Positions 7,779-15,480 of a DNA stretch of 64,000 nt are shown piece by piece; positions within the stretch are counted from its first letter, which is position 1; the number at the start of each line of letters is the position of its first letter. Source of the DNA: a virus. The stretch lies in IMG/VR virus record IMGVR_UViG_3300025530_000002; one strand, given 5' to 3'. A program made the position numbers and the translations under genes. Under the pieces are notes generated by a model, which had not been told where the DNA came from, searched no databases, and worked only from the letters and a program-made list of their open reading frames with translations.

Positions 7779-8753
7779 TTAACCTCGAATGTCCAGCTCC
7801 GGAGCGGACTGCAGCGGCAGCTCGCACTCCTGCAGCTGGATGCGCAGGATGGTGCGCTGCACCGAGCTACCCGAGCTGGCGCCGGCCTGGCCCCAGTCGC
7901 CGCCGGTCTTGCCGCCGCCCAGGCCCAGCGCACGGCTGGCAGCCACGCCGTTGACCGAGGCGAAGGTGACCACCTGGTGGCCGAACACGTGGGTCACGCC
8001 CTGCGGGTCGGTCCAGTACCGGTACGGCTCATCGGCCGGCACCAGCTCATCGTCCACGCCCAGGTCGATGGTCGAGCGCTTGACCAGGCCGACATAGGTA
8101 CCAGTGACCCGCTCCTGGCGCTTGGCCTGACGGGGGCCGCACACGCCGCGGTCCACCACGAGGGTCGGACCGGCCACCAGGGCCGGCGCGGCGGTCTGGA
8201 TCGTGGGCAGGTACAGCGCCTGCGCCTCGTAGTGGGTCGAGCTGCGATCGGACGCATCGACCGCCACCTGGCTGTTGCCGGCGTTGCTGGTGCTGGCGTC
8301 CGCGTGCCCGCCGGCGCTCACCGACGAGCTGGTGGTGTCACCGATCGACTGGCCCTGCGTCGCAGCCGCCCCGGAGACGCTGGCCGAGTTGCCGGAGTCG
8401 TTGATGCCCTGCGACTGGCCCTGCTTGGCCGCAGCACCGGAGACACTGGCCGAGTTGCCGGAGTCGTTGATGCCCTGCGACTGGCCCTGCGCCTGGCCCT
8501 GCTTGGCCGAGGCATCGCCGCCGGTGGCGTAGCCGACGCCCAGACCGAGGCCGGCACCGATCGCACCGGCCGAGGCGTTGGCGTTGTTGTCGCCGCCGCT
8601 CGGCGGGGCCGGCTCTTCCTGCGCCGGAGGCGGGTTGCAGTTCGGCCACTTGCCGCCGAACTCGCACTTGTTGGTGTTGCCTGCCACCGCCGGCAGGGCC
8701 ATGCCCACACCGATCAGCAGCGCCATCAGCTGCTTGTTGAAGTTCAGAGTCAT
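7779..8753 (-). CDS. secreted protein with a G/S/A/Q-rich repeat region
   Basis: 324 aa. Signal peptide MTLNFNKQLMALLIGVGMALPAVAG. Duplicated KQGQSQGINDSGNSASVSGAAA. Globular C-terminal half. Confidence 0.75.
   Translation of the reverse strand: MTLNFNKQLMALLIGVGMALPAVAGNTNKCEFGGKWPNCNPPPAQEEPAPPSGGDNNANASAGAIGAGLGLGVGYATGGDASAKQGQAQGQSQGINDSGNSASVSGAAAKQGQSQGINDSGNSASVSGAAATQGQSIGDTTSSSVSAGGHADASTSNAGNSQVAVDASDRSSTHYEAQALYLPTIQTAAPALVAGPTLVVDRGVCGPRQAKRQERVTGTYVGLVKRSTIDLGVDDELVPADEPYRYWTDPQGVTHVFGHQVVTFASVNGVAASRALGLGGGKTGGDWGQAGASSGSSVQRTILRIQLQECELPLQSAPELDIRG
8371..8502. repeat. tandem duplication (66-nt period) inside the secreted-protein gene
   Basis: The 54-nt cores at 8371-8424 and 8437-8490 differ at one position. 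Confidence 0.85.
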
Positions 8754-8776
8754 TGCTGTTTATCTCCCAGGGATGG

Positions 8777-8817
8777 AAAAAACAACGGACCGCGCCCCCC
8801 TGTGAAAGCGCGGTCCG
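8777..8817 (-). terminator. rho-independent terminator
   Basis: Minus strand: CGGACCGCGC (loop) GCGCGGTCCG followed by TTGTTTTTT. Stem at 8786-8795 / 8808-8817. Confidence 0.65.
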
Positions 8818-8840
8818 CCGAGAAAACCTGTGGAACGTGC

Positions 8841-9206
8841 TCAGTTGAGCTTGTCTTTGTCCTGCGTCTTCTGCAGCTGCGCAAGCAGCGCGCTCTGGTC
8901 GACGTAGGCGTAACCGATCAGCATGTTGGCCAGTGCATCGAGGAGGTTGTAGACCGCCTTCGCATCGGCGAACTCGATCGTGAGCTTCACATCGCCAGAA
9001 GGCAGCGGGAGCGTGACCTCAAGGATGGGCGCCAGCTTGTCCGGCTCGTAGGTGTTGATGGTCGCGCCCGACTGGAACTTGCTCGCGCCCGTGATGACCA
9101 GGTAACCGTCGGAGTCGACGTGTCGGGGTTCGCATGTGGCGCCCTTCATCACCTTGTCGATGAGTTCGCGCAGGCGCTCGCGCATGTCGTCAGAATCGTT
9201 GCTCAT
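8841..9206 (-). CDS. hypothetical protein
   Basis: 121-aa ORF. ATGA overlap with the primase-helicase stop. Confidence 0.7.
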   Translation of the reverse strand: MSNDSDDMRERLRELIDKVMKGATCEPRHVDSDGYLVITGASKFQSGATINTYEPDKLAPILEVTLPLPSGDVKLTIEFADAKAVYNLLDALANMLIGYAYVDQSALLAQLQKTQDKDKLN

Positions 9207-11644
9207 TGCTTGGCTCCAAATTTGACCACGTTGTCTCTACGTGCCTCGGACAACTGTTCGACCAGCTCTTTGAACTCATCGTCCGGTGCTGTCCACGGGC
9301 CCATCTTGAACCCGTATACGGTGCGCCCAGCGCGACGGCTGTAGTGCGGCGCCGGATCGGCGAAGTCGTAGCGGCGTAGCATCTTGCGGAAGGCCGCCTG
9401 GCTCTCGACCGCCTTGGGGTCCTGCATGACCACCCGGAACAGCACGTACAGGTCGTTGTACCCAGCCACGGTGAGCGAGTTGTCCAGCATGCCGCGCAGC
9501 AGATCGTCGTACTCGGAGATAGGCAGGATGCCGCCCATGCCGACCTTGATCTGGGCGGCTGTGGGGCGCGCGGCGAGGAAGAAGTTGGTATCGCCCTGGC
9601 GAATGGCCATTGCGATGGCGTCGGGCATGCCGTGAGTTGCCTCGAACAGCTTCTTCTTGGCTTCGTTCTCCAGCGGGTTGTGCAGCCACTCTTCGTTGAC
9701 GATCAGGCTGCCCAGCAGCTTGGCCAGTTCAGGCAGCTCCAGGCCCTGCTGGATCACCGACACTTCGTGCGGCGTGGGCAGGAACCGTTCTTCCTGACGC
9801 GGGGCTACGTTCCAACGACGGTCACCGGGACTGAGCAACAACGGACGACGAACGTTGGACGCCACGATGAAGTTGGCCGTGTTCGGGACCGACTCTTCGA
9901 CCCGGTACTTCTGGTTGATGATGATCTTCGGCTCGGTGATCCAGTTACGCAGCCGCGACATCACTTCGACGGGGTCCATCGTCTTGGACATGTTGGCCTC
10001 GTCGATCATCACCATCAGCTTGCCTTCCAGCAGGCTGTTGAAGTTGCCTGCCAGGTCTTTCATCATGACCTGGACGCAATGGTCACGACCGAACAGCGGC
10101 TGCAGCACGTGCTCGAAGAGCATGCCTTTACCGGTGCCTTCGGTGCCGTGCAGCAGCCAAGCCGTGCCGGGCTTCTTGCGCGTCTGGAAGATGTACGCCA
10201 CCCAGTTCAGAAAGCGCCGGATCGAGTCCTTGTCGCCTGCGAACACGCTCATCATCAGCTTGCCCAGCACCGGGCAGTTCTGTCCCAGCACGTTCAGACA
10301 TTCGGACGGGTCGAGCGTTCGCGCGATGCCGCTGAACTCCTTCATGAACTCGGTCCGTGCGAACAGGTTGATCACGGGGTAACCCTCTTCGTAACGGATG
10401 TCAGACGTGACGTCGTAGATCAGGTCGTAGTGCGGCAGGGTCGGTTTGGCGATGGCGCCCATCTGGGCCAGCCAGGCGTAGGCCGCTTCGGTGGTCGATT
10501 TGTCCACACGCAGCCGGTCGCTGACCCGATCGTAGGTGCCGATGTAGACGTTCGAGCCTCGGTTGGTCGCATAGAACGCCAGCACCTCCGTGCTCTCCGA
10601 CAGCGACGACAGCGCGCGCTGTGCCCGCGGCGCGGCTGCGACCAGCTTCTCGTACAGCTTGGGCGCCACCAGATTGGTGTGCATGAAGGGCTCGCCCTTG
10701 AAGTTGCCGATCACGTTCGGCCGCTTCAGGTCGATGTAGTACGCCATCGAGTCACCGCCGTTCACGTTGAACCGCAGGTGCCCCGACGGCGAGACCCGGA
10801 TGTCCGAGATGACGATCTCACCCGCGCCGCCCAGGTCCGTGTAGAACTCCTGCCCGCCGATCACGCGTGTCTCCAGCTGCAGCGCGGGCAAGCCCAACTC
10901 ATCGCGCAGCTTGTTGACGTGCTCTCGCAGCACCGTGGAGTCCACTTTGGTGAAGTGTGGGATGGTCAGAGCCCGCACGTCCCCCGGGTAGAATCGCACC
11001 GCCTCGCTGAGCGGTGGAGCAAAGCCGACACAACGAGGCGGTGCGATGTAGATCAACTTGGCCGGTGAACTGACCGAAGTATCCAGTGGGTAGGACAACG
11101 CGCGCTGTGAGTCGGTCAGCCGGATCTCGTCACGTAGCGCAGGCTGCGTCCAATTCAGGTACAGCAGCCAGTCACGCAGTACTTCGGTCGAGACCGGCTG
11201 GGTCAGCTTCATGAATATATGTGCCGACAGCTTCGTCGCATGTGGATGGAAGCAGCTGGCCGAGAGCTGGATGACCATGTCCACGTCGTGGGTGATCGGC
11301 GGCAGGTACTTCTCCACCGCCTCCAACGCCCCTTCGAACGTCGGCGGACAGTCGACCTTGTCGAAGTCGAAGCAGATCCACTCGTGATCGGCCGTCATCA
11401 CGGTACGCCCTGCGCGCGACTCATCCACGAGCGGCGCGTCAAGCTCGCCCTTCAACAGACACCAGCCTCGACGACCGTAGTGGTCCACGGCCCGGGCGAA
11501 CGCGCGCATGTCCTGAGCGTCCACCGCCTCCGAGGTCATCTTCGAGACCATCGGATAACTGGTGACGGTGTACTCGCCGGTCCTGGGGGAAAAAGCGATG
11601 GTCTTCGTCAGCGGGATGCTGGCCGACAAGAACGTGAGGAGCAT
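9203..11644 (-). CDS. bifunctional primase-polymerase (AEP) / SF3 helicase (D5/P4-type, DUF5906-like)
   Basis: 813 aa. AEP-like motifs ICFDFDK, SAHIFMK and YPLDTSV. Walker A LLHGTEGTGKGMLF. Walker B LMVMIDEA. Confidence 0.9.
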   Translation of the reverse strand: MLLTFLSASIPLTKTIAFSPRTGEYTVTSYPMVSKMTSEAVDAQDMRAFARAVDHYGRRGWCLLKGELDAPLVDESRAGRTVMTADHEWICFDFDKVDCPPTFEGALEAVEKYLPPITHDVDMVIQLSASCFHPHATKLSAHIFMKLTQPVSTEVLRDWLLYLNWTQPALRDEIRLTDSQRALSYPLDTSVSSPAKLIYIAPPRCVGFAPPLSEAVRFYPGDVRALTIPHFTKVDSTVLREHVNKLRDELGLPALQLETRVIGGQEFYTDLGGAGEIVISDIRVSPSGHLRFNVNGGDSMAYYIDLKRPNVIGNFKGEPFMHTNLVAPKLYEKLVAAAPRAQRALSSLSESTEVLAFYATNRGSNVYIGTYDRVSDRLRVDKSTTEAAYAWLAQMGAIAKPTLPHYDLIYDVTSDIRYEEGYPVINLFARTEFMKEFSGIARTLDPSECLNVLGQNCPVLGKLMMSVFAGDKDSIRRFLNWVAYIFQTRKKPGTAWLLHGTEGTGKGMLFEHVLQPLFGRDHCVQVMMKDLAGNFNSLLEGKLMVMIDEANMSKTMDPVEVMSRLRNWITEPKIIINQKYRVEESVPNTANFIVASNVRRPLLLSPGDRRWNVAPRQEERFLPTPHEVSVIQQGLELPELAKLLGSLIVNEEWLHNPLENEAKKKLFEATHGMPDAIAMAIRQGDTNFFLAARPTAAQIKVGMGGILPISEYDDLLRGMLDNSLTVAGYNDLYVLFRVVMQDPKAVESQAAFRKMLRRYDFADPAPHYSRRAGRTVYGFKMGPWTAPDDEFKELVEQLSEARRDNVVKFGAKQ

Positions 11645-11746
11645 ACTGACCCTGATAACGTGGGTCCGCCATCGGCGGGGATGCGACCGCTGCTGATGCT
11701 ATGCCCAAGCGACGGGAGCGTCAAGACTACGCCAAAAGTCCCCTGG

Positions 11747-11926
11747 TCAGGTGCCGTACCTGCACCAGTATCCGATCAGCAGGAGACTCACACCGGCCAG
11801 ATACAGCCCGGCGATGCCGAGCATCTTCTTCAGCGCGGTGTTGCGTCGTGGCGGTCGTCCTGTGCAGTACGTGATCGAGTCGTAGACCGCACGGGCCAGC
11901 ATCCGTTCTGCGAGCTTCTCGTTCAT
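11747..11926 (-). CDS. small membrane protein (59 aa)
   Basis: Hand-translated as MNEKLAERMLARAVYDSITYCTGRPPRRNTALKKMLGIAGLYLAGVSLLLIGYWCRYGT. ATGA overlap with the upstream stop. One residue below the track cutoff. Confidence 0.45.
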   Translation of the reverse strand: MNEKLAERMLARAVYDSITYCTGRPPRRNTALKKMLGIAGLYLAGVSLLLIGYWCRYGT

Positions 11927-12186
11927 GCTGATCTCCTGCTCTTGAGGTTGTTCCAGGTCAGCGGCTGGTCTGCTTCACGCAGGCTCTTCAGTCGTCCTTG
12001 GATCGTGGACAGGGACAGCCCCAGGCGCTCAGCGATCTGGCGCGAAGTCAGGTACTCTCCTTCGACGTGGTAGGTGTATTTGCGCGCGTACGCGCGTCCA
12101 CCACGGGGGCTGTACCAACCACTGAGGCGAGGATCGCCGGGCTCCAGACGCAGCCCTTGTCCATTGCGACGTGGAGTTTCAGTCAC
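11923..12186 (-). CDS. HTH DNA-binding protein
   Basis: 87 aa, GTG start in a GTGACTGA overlap. LTSRQIAERLGLSLSTIQGRLKSL looks like a helix-turn-helix. Confidence 0.7.
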   Translation of the reverse strand: MTETPRRNGQGLRLEPGDPRLSGWYSPRGGRAYARKYTYHVEGEYLTSRQIAERLGLSLSTIQGRLKSLREADQPLTWNNLKSRRSA

Positions 12187-12304
12187 GACGACGATCCAAC
12201 TTCCTGCACAGGAGCATCACGGACAGCACGAGGATGCCCAGGAGGTAGATCCCCAGCACCACCGCGACGATGCACAACAGGCTATGCGTCAAGGTCTGCC
12301 ACAC
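12179..12304 (-). CDS. possible 41-aa single-TM peptide
   Basis: VWQTLTHSLLCIVAVVLGIYLLGILVLSVMLLCRKLDRRRD. Its stop lies in the GTGACTGA junction with the next gene. The start codon is uncertain. Confidence 0.3.
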   Translation of the reverse strand: MWQTLTHSLLCIVAVVLGIYLLGILVLSVMLLCRKLDRRRD

Positions 12305-12551
12305 GGTAGAACTCCCGCTTGAAGAACCAACGCGGCACGACGAGCAGGGGAATGTTGCTCGTGTTGTGCGCCGCTTGCAGCATGATGTTGCCATCACGCG
12401 CGCCGACCACGCGCCAGGCCAGAGGCGGGTTGTGTATGGACCATCGGTACGCCCAGTAATGCCGCAGAATACGACGCGTGTCGTACCAGGTGTAGACGTG
12501 CCAGGCGCCAAGGGCGACGAGCGTAGCGAAAAGCAGGGTCAGCCACATCAT
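12282..12551 (-). CDS. small membrane protein
   Basis: 89 aa. N-terminal TM segment MMWLTLLFATLVALGAWHVY. ATGA overlap with the upstream stop. Confidence 0.6.
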   Translation of the reverse strand: MMWLTLLFATLVALGAWHVYTWYDTRRILRHYWAYRWSIHNPPLAWRVVGARDGNIMLQAAHNTSNIPLLVVPRWFFKREFYRVADLDA

Positions 12552-13135
12552 TCTTGCTGCTCCATGTAACGACGGCGGATGTAGTTGAAGTACCGGTACA
12601 TCGTGGCCCGGGATATCGGGTTCACGTCACCGTAGAGCTGGTTGTAGGCCGCTTCGAATCGCCGCAGGGTCAATTCCTGCTGCTCCAACAATGGGAGCAG
12701 GCGCTCGTACAACGTGTTGAGCATTTCGTACGTCACCCGACGGGGGCGGCCGGGGCGGCTGGGCGGAGTCATGCTGCGCAAGAGCCTGGCGACAGTGTGA
12801 TCCGCCACAGGGTACCCGAGCAGCTTCTCCACTTCGTAGCGCACCTCGACGGTGTGCAAGGGACGAGCGGCGGTCGAAGGACGTCGACGAAGTGCCTGGA
12901 TCGCCGATTGAAGGGCTTCGGGCGGCACTGGCCCGCCACTGCCGGGGGCGCCTCGACGTCCTCGGTGCAGCTGCAGCTGGTCCTGCAGGCCCAGGGCCTG
13001 TACTGCCTTGCGCGCCAGATAGCGCGTGACACCGGCGTGCCGCGCCAATGCGCCCAGGGTGCGGTGGCCTTGGGCGTAGGCGGCTTCTACGGCTTTGATA
13101 GCTGAATGCAGCTTGACTTTCTTGATGCGAGGCAT
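12548..13135 (-). CDS. DNA-binding protein with two HTH-like segments; first gene after the non-coding hub
   Basis: 195 aa. RTLGALARHAGVTRYLARKAV and ISRATMYRYFNYIRR resemble HTH motifs. Confidence 0.8.
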   Translation of the reverse strand: MPRIKKVKLHSAIKAVEAAYAQGHRTLGALARHAGVTRYLARKAVQALGLQDQLQLHRGRRGAPGSGGPVPPEALQSAIQALRRRPSTAARPLHTVEVRYEVEKLLGYPVADHTVARLLRSMTPPSRPGRPRRVTYEMLNTLYERLLPLLEQQELTLRRFEAAYNQLYGDVNPISRATMYRYFNYIRRRYMEQQE

Positions 13136-13182
13136 TGACGGATTGGGTCAGGTTGTGGCTGGAGGGACGAGCATAGCGCGGC

Positions 13183-13212
13183 GTTATTGAGTGTTTCAAT
13201 ACTTGGTGTCAA
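13183..13212 (-). promoter_or_regulatory. candidate sigma70-type promoter for the 12548..13135 operon
   Basis: Minus strand TTGACA (13207-13212), an 18-nt spacer, then AATAAC (13183-13188). About 45 nt upstream of the ATG. Confidence 0.3.
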
Positions 13213-13315
13213 CGGTGTTGCCATGGGCGGGAATTGGTGACTCTTATGTCGACCGAAACCCTTGGCGCACAAGGCTTTGGGGCTTGTTCAAAACTAAATG
13301 TAAAACTTATGTTAA

Positions 13316-13341
13316 GGGGTACCTGGTGGGGGATGTACCCC
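13316..13341. other. inverted repeat GGGGTAC-N12-GTACCCC
   Basis: 7-bp arms at 13316-13322 and 13335-13341. Confidence 0.6.
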
Positions 13342-13352
13342 GGGGTGCGGAC

Positions 13353-13380
13353 GACGGGCGACGGGCGACGGATGTCGTAA
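13353..13380. repeat. short heptamer tandem array
   Basis: GACGGGC GACGGGC GACGGAT GTCGTAA. Confidence 0.7.
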
Positions 13381-13640
13381 GTAGTTGATAGTTCGTCGTG
13401 CGCAAGGAATTCGAATTTCTTCGTGCAGTCTCAAAAGTAAGGGCCAGAAATTCGTTTGAGGGTGCTCTCTCCCTAACTCCTTATTTCTTATACTCTTTCT
13501 TCTTCAGTTCTTAGACTTAGGAAGAAAAAGTATGGGGAAAGAAGCGTTATTAAATAGTGGCGTAGTAAATAACAGCGCCTGGGAAGAAAGGTTCTGGAAA
13601 ATTACTTTTAACATTTGGCGGGACCTGAACGCCGGCTGAC
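13381..13640. other. AT-rich non-coding island
   Basis: Hand count gives 71 G+C in 180 nt over 13441-13620 (~39%). Flanking coding DNA is clearly above 60%. Confidence 0.8.
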
Positions 13641-13682
13641 TTCTTGGGCGTCCGCCTGGTCCCCTTCCTGGCCTCGCTGCCC

Positions 13683-13850
13683 GTCGCACTTCGCCTTGGT
13701 CACGACGCACGTCGCACTGGTCACGTCGTACGTCGCACTCATCACTGGTCACGACGCACTTCGCACGACGCACGACGCACGCCGCACGACGCACTGGTCA
13801 CGTCGCACTCATCACCACGTACGGCGCACGACGCACGTCGTACGTCGCGC
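13683..13850. repeat. 24-unit degenerate heptanucleotide tandem array, consensus G(A/T)CGCAC
   Basis: Parses without gaps into 24 7-mers: GTCGCAC x4, GACGCAC x6, TGGTCAC x4, TCATCAC x2, GTCGTAC x2, plus six single variants. GCAC occurs 13 times, always at offsets that are multiples of 7. Confidence 0.9.
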
Positions 13851-13883
13851 TTTTCATCGCCTGCCACGTGTCCCGTTGCGACG

Positions 13884-13913
13884 AAAAAAGGGACCGCCCT
13901 CGCGGACGGTCCC
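13884..13913 (-). terminator. rho-independent terminator after the 335-aa gene
   Basis: Minus strand: GGGACCG (10-nt loop) CGGTCCC followed by TTTTTT. Confidence 0.7.
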
Positions 13914-13927
13914 TCGAAGTACATCAA

Positions 13928-14935
13928 TCAGCGCTGGACGCGGTGCACACGCGGCTGCTTGAGCGAAGCCGCGACGATCGCAGCCGCAGCCGCCTGCGCC
14001 TTGGCCAGCGCGCGCAGCCGCTCCTCACGCCGGCGCTGCTGCGACGCACGACGTGCGACTTCCGCAGCATCCAGTGCCGTCATGGCGTCGGTGATCGGCG
14101 TGAACGTGCCGTCCCAGTTCTGCGTGTTTGCGTACGGCATCTGGCGCTCGCTGGGCCAGCCCACCGACTCCAGCTGGTACTGGAACAGCAGCCGCACGTC
14201 CTCCAGCGCGCGCACGACCGCTTCGGTCAGCTCGTCCGAGCCGTACTTCTCGCGCATGTACTGCAGCTCGATCTCACGCCGCAGCTCGTAGCCCTGCTCG
14301 TCGCGCATGAAGTCATCGAACTCCTTCTCGCGCGTGTCCTCGCAGCTGAGCACCTGGTCGTCCACGACCCGGCCCAGCGCCTCTTCGATGTACGTGGAGG
14401 ACACGTAGCGCTCGAAGAACGCATGCACCGTGGCTTCGTCGCTGTACGCGTCCATGCCCTCGGCCGCGCGGTAGTCCAGGTTGGCGAAGAACACGCAGTT
14501 CTTCAGGACGCGGTAGAGGACGCGGTACAGCTGACCGGGCACGTCGAGCGTCGGGGTGGCGCTCACGACCGCCTGCACGAGGGTCGCCAGGTCGTTGTCG
14601 CACGCCCGCACCAGCGCGGCCAGCTGCTGCGCTTCCTCGCGCGCGTCGGGGTCCTGCAGCCCGCGCCCGTCGTTGCGGGAGAGCGAGTCCAGCGCGCGAT
14701 CAATCAGGGACCACGAGCCCGGCGCCAGCTCCAGCGTCTGCAGCGCCTCGCTGGCCCGCCGCATGGTCTCCTCTTCGGTCAGCGGCGTCTCCAGGTCGTC
14801 GAACGAGGTGTCCGCGGCCTGCGCGGTCGGCTCGGGCGTGACCTCGCGGTACTCGTCCGTCAGCTCACGGCCGATGGCGGTGTTGGTGTCGATGCCCAGC
14901 GACTTCTTGATGCGCTGCGTGATCGAGGTGTTCAT
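13928..14935 (-). CDS. hypothetical protein
   Basis: 335-aa acidic ORF with an AAGGAGA RBS. No motif recognised. Confidence 0.8.
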   Translation of the reverse strand: MNTSITQRIKKSLGIDTNTAIGRELTDEYREVTPEPTAQAADTSFDDLETPLTEEETMRRASEALQTLELAPGSWSLIDRALDSLSRNDGRGLQDPDAREEAQQLAALVRACDNDLATLVQAVVSATPTLDVPGQLYRVLYRVLKNCVFFANLDYRAAEGMDAYSDEATVHAFFERYVSSTYIEEALGRVVDDQVLSCEDTREKEFDDFMRDEQGYELRREIELQYMREKYGSDELTEAVVRALEDVRLLFQYQLESVGWPSERQMPYANTQNWDGTFTPITDAMTALDAAEVARRASQQRRREERLRALAKAQAAAAAIVAASLKQPRVHRVQR

Positions 14936-14954
14936 CTCTGTGTCTCCTTGTGTC

Positions 14955-14982
14955 GTTGAACGTTGAACGTTGAACGTTGTAC
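14955..14982. repeat. heptamer tandem repeat (GTTGAAC)x3 plus GTTGTAC in a 5' leader
   Basis: Four units, 20-47 nt upstream of the 14935 start. Produces AACGTT palindromes every 7 nt. Confidence 0.85.
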
Positions 14983-15039
14983 TGCGTCACTTGGCCGGGG
15001 GCACCTCGTCCGGCCTGCCCTTCCTGGTTGTACTACCGC

Positions 15040-15270
15040 TCACGTGAGGCCACGCTTGCGGTTGATCTCGCGGGCGCGGTGCATGATCTCCTGCACGTCC
15101 TGCACCAGCGCGGCGTGCTGCTCCGGCGAGAGGTCATCCATCTCGCGCAGGCGTCGCTGCAGCACCGCCAGCCCGTCTGCGTAGAGCCGGGCGTCGTACT
15201 CCAGCCGCACTTCACGTGCGAACTGCCGCGCGTAATGCCCGAGCTTCTTAATCCGTCGCACGTCGAACAT
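15040..15270 (-). CDS. hypothetical protein
   Basis: 76-aa helical ORF. Confidence 0.7.
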   Translation of the reverse strand: MFDVRRIKKLGHYARQFAREVRLEYDARLYADGLAVLQRRLREMDDLSPEQHAALVQDVQEIMHRAREINRKRGLT

Positions 15271-15445
15271 TGGTCAGAACCTCCATCTGTTCGGGACTGA
15301 ATCCGGCGATCTCGCCCAACATCTGCGGCAACTGGGAGAGGTCACCGGTGAAACTGGCCTGCGGCAAGTGCAGCTCGTACACGCACTGGCCGCGGTCGTC
15401 CGTGATCACCACATCAAGTTGCTTCGTCGCAAAGTGCACACGCAT
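15248..15445 (-). CDS. hypothetical protein (65 aa)
   Basis: Internal ATG 15443-15445 (MRVHFATKQLDVVITDD...) with AGGAG 8 nt upstream. The longer track ORF would run across the upstream membrane gene. Confidence 0.6.
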   Translation of the reverse strand: MRVHFATKQLDVVITDDRGQCVYELHLPQASFTGDLSQLPQMLGEIAGFSPEQMEVLTNVRRATD

Positions 15446-15480
15446 GTTCGTGCTCCTATGGTCAAGGACACCCTCATCGC

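Noticed and set aside
7644-9344. 566-aa plus-strand ORF
   Set aside because: It is antisense to the signal-peptide protein gene and the 121-aa gene. Its R/G/A/L/V-rich low-complexity composition is typical of shadow ORFs in GC-rich DNA, and it has no RBS and no recognisable motif.
9632-11068. 478-aa plus-strand ORF
   Set aside because: It is antisense to the primase-helicase, whose Walker A/B and AEP motifs fix the true frame.
13191-13388. 65-aa plus-strand ORF in the hub
   Set aside because: It has a GTG start without an RBS, overlaps the candidate promoter and an inverted repeat, and has unremarkable composition.
13683-13850. Possible CRISPR array
   Set aside because: The units are 7 nt and contiguous with no spacers, there is no leader/repeat/spacer organisation, and no cas genes are present.
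13504-14291. Track ORFs crossing the heptamer array (96 aa minus strand; 115 and 215 aa plus strand) with VRRD/HDARRT repeats
   Set aside because: A strict 7-nt period cannot be maintained by selection on a reading frame. The ORFs exist only because the heptamers lack stop codons.
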